From positions 1,395-65,394 of the forward strand of contig JACNKA010000116.1 in NCBI GenBank assembly GCA_014382285.1: 64,000 nt of DNA, in the 5' to 3' direction. Both the position numbers and the translations under genes were made by a program. This DNA comes from Nitrospinota bacterium. Lineage in GTDB: Bacteria; Nitrospinota; Nitrospinia; Nitrospinales; VA-1. A model generated the notes under the pieces. The model searched no databases, was not told the DNA's origin, and saw nothing but the letters and a program-made list of their open reading frames with translations. Below, piece by piece: positions 1 to 7,272 of the stretch; the stretch's first letter is position 1, and each line of letters opens with the position of its first letter.

Positions 1-249
1 CATAATGAAAGTTGCCAGAGACAAAGCTAATCAGGAACATAAAAAAAGAAAAAAAACGGACCTTCTAAGTAAAACTGTGGAATCAGAACCCCAGTGGTCA
101 AGTTCGTCGATAAAGTTTATGGCTGAGTTCTATGGTATTGAATACAGCGAAGATTCTGTTCTCACCTGCTCTAAAAATGTTGTTGCACAGTAATAATTCG
201 TTTCAGTCAGTCTGAACGTGATACCGTTGATGGAAGTTGCTGTTTGTTT

Positions 250-439
250 TTTCAGGTTTATTTTGTAAGTAAACATCGCTCATACCATTTATTGCCCAGC
301 CTTTTAGTCACCTGCATGGCCTCTTCGAGGTCCCACTCTTCAGCAACCCTTGCGGTTTTCGCTTTCAACACTTAAGTTGTTCTTCCTTTTCTCTAAGCTT
401 TACAATGATTTGCTCTGCACTAAATCGTTTTCTCGCCAT
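250..439 (-). pseudogene. Degraded IS3-family transposase OrfA (HTH_Tnp_1-like) N-terminal remnant
   Basis: The minus-strand ATG at 439 reads MARKRFSAEQIIVKLREKEEQLKC, then TGA at 367..365. This N-terminus is typical of IS3/IS407-group OrfA proteins. A shifted frame continues with weakly OrfA-like residues (..AKTARVAEEW..) to about 250. No OrfB/DDE region follows, so this is a relic rather than an active IS. Confidence 0.45.
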
Positions 440-483
440 AATACTCCTCTTATCAAACGGTTTTTATGGGTTTAATATTTGGA

Positions 484-744
484 CTACTTTCCGGGGGTCG
501 GGTCAGGAGTGTGGCACATTGTACAGTTGCCCATCGGGCGGTGAGGCATGATGGGGATTTTCTCCACTCCCTGGATGTGGCATTGCATGCACTGTTCTGC
601 CGGGAGAGAGGCCTTATGGTATTCGGACGTTCTAAAGTCTGGAGCAGCACTGATGAATGAATAGCCCAGGCCACCAATAACGCCAACCCCGATCAGCATC
701 ATAAATCTATAAAAGTTTCTTGTTCCGTTTGATTTTTTTGCCAC
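484..744 (-). CDS. Small membrane-anchored diheme c-type cytochrome (NapB-like heme-motif pattern)
   Basis: 86 aa. It has an N-terminal TM helix (FYRFMMLIGVGVIGGLGYSFI) and two CxxCH motifs (CMQCH, CTMCH). The segment 'IPIMPHRPMGNCTMCH' resembles the P-H...CxxCH spacing of NapB-type diheme cytochromes. No reductase partner lies in the window. Confidence 0.7.
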   Translation of the reverse strand: MAKKSNGTRNFYRFMMLIGVGVIGGLGYSFISAAPDFRTSEYHKASLPAEQCMQCHIQGVEKIPIMPHRPMGNCTMCHTPDPTPGK

Positions 745-806
745 AATGTTTTTGCCAGGTTGAGGTGAACTATTTTAGCCCGCATATTGTATGAGAGTTT
801 TTAAAT

Positions 807-876
807 CACCCCAGCCCCTCTTCGGAGAAGAGGGGTTCATTAAAGCTCCCCCTTCTACGAAGAGGGGTTGGGGGGA
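807..876. repeat. Composite GC-rich palindromic (REP-like) element: two hairpins enclosed by an outer stem
   Basis: Hairpin 1 is CCCCTCTTC(815-823)/GAAGAGGGG(827-835), 9 bp with a 3-nt loop. Hairpin 2 is CCCCCTTC(848-855)/GAAGAGGGG(859-867), 8 bp with one bulge. The outer pairing is CCCCA(809-813)/TGGGG(869-873). The element lies just 3' of ridA. The core motif recurs at 22290-22412. Confidence 0.7.
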
Positions 877-897
877 TTTGTTTTTACCCCTGCGGAG

Positions 898-1278
898 CTA
901 ATCCGCAGCAATAGCGTCAATTTCTACTTTTGCCCCTTTGGGTAATGCCGCGACTTGCACACAGGCGCGGGCCGGTTTGGTTTCTGCAAAAAATTTCTCG
1001 TAAACCTGATTCATTCGGGCAAACTCACCCAGATCGGTTAGATAAACCGTGGTCTTAATAACATGGGCCAGACTCAGGCCGTCGGCTTTTAAAATCGCCT
1101 CGACATTTTTGAGCACCCATTCGGTTTCTTCCTCAATATCACTGTTCATCATTTCCATGTTCTGCGGATTGAGAGCAATCTGCCCGGAAGTATAGAGAAA
1201 CTCACCAATGCGGATGGCCTGAGAGTAGGGGCCTATTGCTGATGGGGCCTGGGATGTTTGAATCTGTTTTTTTTCCAT
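898..1278 (-). CDS. ridA: RidA/YjgF-family reactive intermediate deaminase
   Basis: 126 aa. 'APSAIGPYSQAIRIG.FLYTSGQIALNP' and the C-terminal 'PARACVQVAALPKGAKVEIDAIA' are YjgF/RidA hallmarks. Confidence 0.85.
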   Translation of the reverse strand: MEKKQIQTSQAPSAIGPYSQAIRIGEFLYTSGQIALNPQNMEMMNSDIEEETEWVLKNVEAILKADGLSLAHVIKTTVYLTDLGEFARMNQVYEKFFAETKPARACVQVAALPKGAKVEIDAIAAD

Positions 1279-1291
1279 GATGGACTTCCTA

Positions 1292-2047
1292 CTAAAGGTT
1301 TGCCATATTTTTAATGAAGGGGTAAGACTTCAACTCACGACCTAAATGAGAAAGCACCAGCCGATGCGTCACTTTCTCGATTTCTTCTGTCTGAGATTTG
1401 GGGAATTTTAACCTTTCACAGGTTTTGATTTCCACATCTAATAATTTTTTTATGTAATTTCTTGTTCCGATGCTGAATTGTATGTCAATCCTTGCATTGT
1501 TGGAACATGAATTACAAAGGATTCCGTTATGGGCGTAGCTGAAGGGAATCATACCGTTTTGTGGTGTTTTTCGACAAAGGACACAATGCTCCAACTGGGG
1601 TTTATAGCCGGATAATGCAAGCAGGCGAATTTCAAACAGCCGGCGCAGAGGCTCCAATTCGGTCTGTTGGTTGAGCGCCGCCAGTGCCTGGTAAAGCAGG
1701 GCGAAAACTTTTGGGTCCCAGTGGCCTTCAAGGACCATGGCATCGATCAGGTCAAGAAAATAGACGCCTGTATAAAGTTTGTCGAAGTCATCACGGATTG
1801 TATGAAAAGATTCGATGATATCCGAGTGATTGAGGCGGAAAAGACTCTGGTGCTCGCGGCCAAAATAAATTAGATGGATCAGGGACATGGGTTCCAAGGC
1901 ACCCCAGAACTGGTTCTTGGCTTTTCTGGCTCCCTTGGCGACACACTTAACTTTACCGTGGTTCTCGGTCATGAAAGTGACCAACCGGTCGGACTCAGAC
2001 AGGTTCATACTTTTGATGACGATGGCTCTGGTTTTATAGAGGGCCAT
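1292..2047 (-). CDS. recO: DNA repair protein RecO
   Basis: 251 aa. It has an N-terminal OB-like segment (YKTRAIVIKSMNLSESDRLVTF) and a Cys4-like zinc motif (CVLC...CNSC), with RecO-typical length. Its start codon overlaps the ogt stop codon at 2047. Confidence 0.8.
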   Translation of the reverse strand: MALYKTRAIVIKSMNLSESDRLVTFMTENHGKVKCVAKGARKAKNQFWGALEPMSLIHLIYFGREHQSLFRLNHSDIIESFHTIRDDFDKLYTGVYFLDLIDAMVLEGHWDPKVFALLYQALAALNQQTELEPLRRLFEIRLLALSGYKPQLEHCVLCRKTPQNGMIPFSYAHNGILCNSCSNNARIDIQFSIGTRNYIKKLLDVEIKTCERLKFPKSQTEEIEKVTHRLVLSHLGRELKSYPFIKNMANL

Positions 2048-2589
2048 TAAATCGCCTTCTCCAATTTCAGCAGGTAACGCTTAGTCTGGATACCTCCTGT
2101 ATACCCTCCCAGTTCGCCATTTTCACGGACCACTCTGTGGCAGGGAATGATGATGGAAAGTGGATTCTGGCCATTTGCATTGCCAACCGCTCTAGCTGAG
2201 TTGGGATTCTCAATGGAATGGGCCAGCCACTTGTAGCTGCGGGTAGATCCATAAGGGATGGTGAGAAGACATTTCCAAACCTTTTGCTGGAACGGTGTTC
2301 CCAGTCTTAAATCCAAGGGGAATTGAAAGGTCTTCAGTTCGCCGTTAAAATATTTTTGAAACTGCTCGACGATGGCTTTGAAATGGTTCGGATCTTTTTT
2401 AGTTTGAAAGCCAAGGTTGTTGGTCAATAGTATTTCAAAAGCTTTTTCGCTGGGTACTTTGTTGGCCAGTCGGATCAGGCCTTTTTGCGTTGCCGCCAGA
2501 CCTGTTAATCCTATTGGGCTTTTAAAAACAGTGTAAAAAACCGTTTCATCATTCAAGGTGTGATGGTATTTCTTTTTCATGTTATTCAA
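2047..2589 (-). CDS. ogt: Methylated-DNA--protein-cysteine methyltransferase
   Basis: 180 aa. It has the active-site 'IIPCHRVV' and the helix-turn-helix 'SYKWLAHSIENPNSARAVGNANGQNP'. Confidence 0.9.
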   Translation of the reverse strand: MNNMKKKYHHTLNDETVFYTVFKSPIGLTGLAATQKGLIRLANKVPSEKAFEILLTNNLGFQTKKDPNHFKAIVEQFQKYFNGELKTFQFPLDLRLGTPFQQKVWKCLLTIPYGSTRSYKWLAHSIENPNSARAVGNANGQNPLSIIIPCHRVVRENGELGGYTGGIQTKRYLLKLEKAI

Positions 2590-3846
2590 TTACCGGGAAA
2601 CCCAATCAACCAAAAAGAGGCTGATTGCGGGTATATAAGTTATCAAGATAAGCCCGATTAACCGTAGTCCCAAAAATGGCAAAACGGCTTGATACAATTT
2701 TAATATGGGTTTGTTAAAACGGGTGGCAGCTATAAAAAGGTTGATGCCTACCGGGGGTGTCGAATAACCAATTTCCAGATTAGTCAGGAAAATGATTCCA
2801 AGGTGCACCATGTTAACGTCAAAACTCTGCGCAATCGGGATAATCAGCGGAACGACCACGATGATGGCGGAAAATATATCCATCATGCAACCCACGATGA
2901 GAAGGAAAACGTTCAATACCATCAAAAATGTTAAAGGATCATGGATGTATTGTTGCATGGTTGCCAGTATAGTCATGGGCACTTGTTCATCCACGAGGTA
3001 GTTTGTGAACCCCATAGCCGTTCCCAGGATGATGAGGATAGAGCCAACCAGAACCATGCTGTCTTTCATCAAATGCGGCAAATCTTTAAAAACGTCCAGA
3101 TCTTTGTAGATAAGGGTTTCCACCAGAATCACATAGACCACAGTCACAGATGCGGCTTCGGTGACGGTGAAAAATCCGCCATAGATTCCCACTAATATAA
3201 TGAAGGGCAGCGGTAGCTCCCAACCCGCATCTATCAGAGCGGACTTAGCCTCGGGCCAGTTAAAACTCTCGGAGGATCGGGGGCTGCGGGTGATGGCGAA
3301 GACCGATACGATCAGTATCATGATCAGGCCCGGCACAATACCGGCAATAAATAGCTTGTCGATGCTAACCTGGGCAACGAGGCCATATAAAATAAGTGGC
3401 AGGGAAGGGGGGAATAAAAGCCCCAGACTCCCTGATGAAGTGATCATGCCCAGGGAAAAATTTTCGCCATATTTTTCCTTTAATAATAGAGGGTAGAGCA
3501 GGCCACCCAAGGCGATGATGGTGACGCCGGAAGCTCCTGTAAGGGCCGTGAAAAAAGCACAGGCAATCAGGATTGCCATGGGGATGCCACCGGGCGCACC
3601 GCGAAAAATGGACTGGGATACTCGCGTCAAACGTTCTGGAGTTTTGCCGTGAGCGAGAATGAATCCTGAAAAAGTGAAAAGAGGGATGGCAATGAGTGTC
3701 GGATTGCTGGCTACTCTGTATAGTTCAATGAAGATTGCCGCAGAATCTATTTCAGCATTATAAAAAGAAGCCAGGGCTGAAAGCCCAATGATTGCAAACA
3801 GGGGTACGCCCAGAAGGGCTAGTAGAATGATTCCCAGGGCGATCAT
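2590..3846 (-). CDS. dctM: TRAP transporter large permease subunit (DctM family)
   Basis: 418 aa polytopic membrane protein with a DctM-like N-terminus (MIALGIILLALLGVPLFAIIGLSAL). It overlaps the upstream small-subunit gene by 4 nt (ATGA). Confidence 0.85.
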   Translation of the reverse strand: MIALGIILLALLGVPLFAIIGLSALASFYNAEIDSAAIFIELYRVASNPTLIAIPLFTFSGFILAHGKTPERLTRVSQSIFRGAPGGIPMAILIACAFFTALTGASGVTIIALGGLLYPLLLKEKYGENFSLGMITSSGSLGLLFPPSLPLILYGLVAQVSIDKLFIAGIVPGLIMILIVSVFAITRSPRSSESFNWPEAKSALIDAGWELPLPFIILVGIYGGFFTVTEAASVTVVYVILVETLIYKDLDVFKDLPHLMKDSMVLVGSILIILGTAMGFTNYLVDEQVPMTILATMQQYIHDPLTFLMVLNVFLLIVGCMMDIFSAIIVVVPLIIPIAQSFDVNMVHLGIIFLTNLEIGYSTPPVGINLFIAATRFNKPILKLYQAVLPFLGLRLIGLILITYIPAISLFLVDWVSR

Positions 3847-4343
3847 TTGAGTGTTTGCTCGGAATCATTTTTAATGAAAGCGGTTTCAAAGCCGCTTATT
3901 ATAAAACGTATGGCAATAATCATAAAACTATAGGGCAGAATAGTCTGGAAGATCCAGACCGGAATATCCAGGAAAAGAACAGATTGCGAATCTTTTTCAA
4001 ATTGCATAAATGACCAGGCCGCCCAAGTCAGAAAACCACTGATGATGCCGGCTGAAAATCTGGTGAAAGCTTTTATAATACGTTTCCAGTAAAGAGACGA
4101 AAAATTAGAAAAGACCTCAATAGAAATATGCTTGTTATGATTGACGGCTATCGAGGCTCCCAGGAATCCCAGCCAGAGCACCCATTGACGGAGCAGGGTG
4201 TCTCCCCATACAATTCCCATATCAAACAGGTTCCTCAGCAACATTTGACCGAACGAAAGTAAAATCATCAGGCTCAAGATCAGGACGATCAGGTGGCCTT
4301 CAATTTTTTCCAGAAACCGGTCAATTTGTTTTAAGATGTGCAT
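3843..4343 (-). CDS. dctQ: TRAP transporter small permease subunit (DctQ family)
   Basis: 166 aa with 4 hydrophobic helices, immediately upstream of and overlapping dctM. No DctP-type binding-protein gene is adjacent. Confidence 0.8.
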   Translation of the reverse strand: MHILKQIDRFLEKIEGHLIVLILSLMILLSFGQMLLRNLFDMGIVWGDTLLRQWVLWLGFLGASIAVNHNKHISIEVFSNFSSLYWKRIIKAFTRFSAGIISGFLTWAAWSFMQFEKDSQSVLFLDIPVWIFQTILPYSFMIIAIRFIISGFETAFIKNDSEQTLK

Positions 4344-4452
4344 AAATAAAAGGGTTGGGAGAAAGGGTGGGTCTGCTGGATATTTGCTCTACATTCTATA
4401 ATAAACGTTTAGCCTTGCAGGCTCAATAAATAGTGAGATGAGTGTGTGAATT

Positions 4453-5223
4453 ATGAAGATATTGCAACAGATTTTTTGCATTTGGATGGTCCTGTTTTCT
4501 CAGGCGGAGGCCAACCCTCATCCTGAGATGGTTCCTATCCCTGCGGGAGAATTTGAGATGGGCAGTCCTGATGAGGAAGGGAAATCCAACGAACATCCCC
4601 GCCATAAAGTTTATCTGGATTCGTTCTATATAGATAAATATGAAGTGACTTTTAAGGATTTTGAGGAATATCTGGCCGCTAACTCCCGGCAATATCCGAC
4701 CATAACTGGATGGGTTGACCGCAAGGCACGGCCTGACATGCTGAACAAGCCTGTTTTTGGTTTTCAATGGAAGCGTTGCAAAAAATATTGTGAATGGAAA
4801 GGTAAGCGTCTGCCGACGGAGGCAGAATGGGAACGTTCGGCAAAAGGTGTTGAGGGTCTAAACTATCCTTGGGGTAACGAGCCTCCTGATGACAAGCGGG
4901 CCAATTTCGGGAATTGTTGTTTTATACAAAAAGGTACTGTGCTTTCCCCGGTCGGTAGTTTCGAGCAGGGCAAAAGTCCTGAAGGAGTGTACGATCTTGG
5001 TGGTAATGTTGCCGAATGGGTTTATGATTGGTATGATAAAAAATATTACAGGACAGCACCCTATAAAAACCCCCAAGGGCCAGAAAAAGGGAAACACCAC
5101 GTTATTCGTGGAGGTGCCTGGAACAGCCTTCCCGTTTATCTTCGATCATCCAGCCGCTATGGAGATAGTGACGCCAAGGATTATTATGGTATAGGGTGTC
5201 GTTGTGCCAAAAGCGCGGATTAA
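4453..5223 (+). CDS. Exported formylglycine-generating-enzyme (FGE/SUMF1) family domain protein
   Basis: 256 aa with a signal peptide (..VLFSQAEA). FGE-sulfatase motifs are present: 'MVPIPAGEFEMGS', 'KRLPTEAEWERSAKG', 'YPWGN', 'YDLGGNVAEWVYDWY', 'VIRGGAW'. Confidence 0.85.
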   Translation: MKILQQIFCIWMVLFSQAEANPHPEMVPIPAGEFEMGSPDEEGKSNEHPRHKVYLDSFYIDKYEVTFKDFEEYLAANSRQYPTITGWVDRKARPDMLNKPVFGFQWKRCKKYCEWKGKRLPTEAEWERSAKGVEGLNYPWGNEPPDDKRANFGNCCFIQKGTVLSPVGSFEQGKSPEGVYDLGGNVAEWVYDWYDKKYYRTAPYKNPQGPEKGKHHVIRGGAWNSLPVYLRSSSRYGDSDAKDYYGIGCRCAKSAD

Positions 5224-5261
5224 TGCATCATCTCACTAACACTATTTTTGAAAATTAATTT

Positions 5262-6170
5262 ATGGAAGATCTGGATAAGACCCTGGATATCATGGAGCGG
5301 GATAAATGCACATCCCTCCTGGCTGAAAATGCAGTTCGCTTGAAAAAGAACAATATTAAATTCACCAAAACCAATAAGAAACATTCTGATGAACATTTGG
5401 AGGCCCAGTTCGTTTCTTATGAGCGATTGATACGCACTCTTATAAAAGGGTTTGTCACCATCGAAAAAAAGGTGAGACTTAAATACATGGTGCCCCTTGA
5501 AAGTGTAAGAGCCAATAAACTGAAAGCCAGTTGGAATACGGAGGTTGAGTGTATTCTGGAGGATTTAAAGAAGAAATACCGGGATGTTCATTTGCAAAGA
5601 AGGAGTGTGGAGGAATTTGATGGAAGGGTTTCACAAAGCCTCGATGCGGCTAAAATTTCAGTGGACACGGAAGTGTCAAATTTAGAACAGAAATTGAAGA
5701 CTGAAATTGAAGGTTCTGAGAAAATTCAACCTTCCGAGTTGAGCCGATTGTATGATTTGGATGTAACGGCATTGATTGATCTGCAGGTTATTGATCCGCT
5801 ACAGAACTTGCAAATCCTCTGTAAAAAACTTAAGGACTCCGGTTGCGATGGTGGGGCTTTAACCCCTGTAAATGAAATCATCAAAATGTATGTAAAGGAA
5901 ATTAAATCTGTTGAAGCTACTGTCTGGTCTGGGCGTTCTGCCGATCAACGCAAGGAAATTAAAATGCGTGCCGCAAAATTGAACTTAAACCTTAAAGAAA
6001 TCGTTCTCTGTTTGCATGATTTGGTCAAGCAGGCCATTCTGGAAAAAGAAAAGCGCAATGATGACGTCATTCTGAAAATTCGTAAAAATCTTGATAAAAT
6101 CTTTAAGTCTGAGACGGATTCCGCACTCTTCCAGAATGTGCTGGAACCTTTTTGGGGTATTTTGGCTTAA
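5262..6170 (+). CDS. Hypothetical protein, predicted helical/coiled-coil, K/E-rich
   Basis: A 302-aa ORF fills the gap between the FGE gene and sppA on the same strand. I recognise no motif. Confidence 0.5.
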   Translation: MEDLDKTLDIMERDKCTSLLAENAVRLKKNNIKFTKTNKKHSDEHLEAQFVSYERLIRTLIKGFVTIEKKVRLKYMVPLESVRANKLKASWNTEVECILEDLKKKYRDVHLQRRSVEEFDGRVSQSLDAAKISVDTEVSNLEQKLKTEIEGSEKIQPSELSRLYDLDVTALIDLQVIDPLQNLQILCKKLKDSGCDGGALTPVNEIIKMYVKEIKSVEATVWSGRSADQRKEIKMRAAKLNLNLKEIVLCLHDLVKQAILEKEKRNDDVILKIRKNLDKIFKSETDSALFQNVLEPFWGILA

Positions 6171-6188
6171 CGTTAATTTTAGAAATAT

Positions 6189-7169
6189 TTGAGAATGTTG
6201 AAAAACTCTAAACTTATTCATTATGCATTGGTTCTGTTTTTGGCTGTTTTTTTTAACGGTGCCTGCGCGTCCATTCAACTCGGCCCGAGCATGGGGTCCT
6301 TGAAAGAAACCGTGTTGGAGGGGGAGGGGGCCGAGAAAGTACTGCTGATAGATTTACAAGGTGTGATCAACAACCAAAAAGAACATGCCTTCACAGGTGC
6401 TACGACGGCATTAGGTATGGTGGAGCAGGTTCGAGAAATTATTTCTAAAGCGGAGACGGATAAAGATATCAAGGCTCTGTTAATAAAGATTAATAGCCCT
6501 GGCGGCACGGTGACCTCCAGCGATATCATCTTTCATGAGTTGGTGACTTATAAGATTAAACATGAAATTCCTGTTTATGTTCATGTTATGGATATTGCTG
6601 CTTCCGGTGGCTACTACATAGCTCTTGTTGGGGATGAAATTATTGCACACCCTACTTCTTTGATTGGCAGTATTGGCGTGATAGCGCTAAAGGTCAACCT
6701 GGAGAACTTGATGGAAAAAATAGGTGTGAATTGGGAAATTGTAAAATCCGGCGATAAAAAGGATTTCATGTCTCCGTTTCGATCTTTCACCGATGAGGAA
6801 CGAAAGCTTTTTCAGCAAACGATAGATAATTTTCATAGCCGCTTTGTCACCCTCATCGCTGAAAACAGAAAAGAGCTTGATTTAAATGAAGTGACGCCGC
6901 TTGCTGATGGACGTGTTTTTGACTCGAAACAGGCCATGGACCTGAACCTGATTGATGCGGTTGGTTATCTCTCGGACACCGTGGACAGGATAAAGCTTAA
7001 ACTTGAAAATCCTGATTTGAAAATTGTTACCTATCAGCGTCAAGGTGATTATAAATCTAACCTTTACTCCATTTCCCCGCAGCCCCCTACCTTTAATATG
7101 ATTAATTTAAACCTTGGGTTGGCTAAAAGCGCCCTAAGCCCTTACTTCTTATATCTTTGGATGCCCTGA
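6189..7169 (+). CDS. sppA: Signal peptide peptidase SppA, 36K type
   Basis: 326 aa with an N-terminal anchor. S49 peptidase segments are present: 'INSPGGTVTSSD', 'AASGGYYIA', 'TSLIGSIGV', 'KSGDKKD'. The track start is TTG at 6189; an alternative ATG lies at 6195. Confidence 0.85.
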   Translation: MRMLKNSKLIHYALVLFLAVFFNGACASIQLGPSMGSLKETVLEGEGAEKVLLIDLQGVINNQKEHAFTGATTALGMVEQVREIISKAETDKDIKALLIKINSPGGTVTSSDIIFHELVTYKIKHEIPVYVHVMDIAASGGYYIALVGDEIIAHPTSLIGSIGVIALKVNLENLMEKIGVNWEIVKSGDKKDFMSPFRSFTDEERKLFQQTIDNFHSRFVTLIAENRKELDLNEVTPLADGRVFDSKQAMDLNLIDAVGYLSDTVDRIKLKLENPDLKIVTYQRQGDYKSNLYSISPQPPTFNMINLNLGLAKSALSPYFLYLWMP

Positions 7170-7272
7170 ACCGTGCATTGATATTCGCGGTTAATTCGGG
7201 TATCGTATCCCCAAAGGCAATTTATCGCTTTTTTCGTAACTATTATACAGCCAACTTTCTCCCCATTTAACT

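Noticed and set aside
5-193. 62-aa plus-strand ORF at the left edge
   Set aside because: It has no recognisable motif and no ribosome-binding site, and it lies in the decayed IS-relic region. I left it unannotated.
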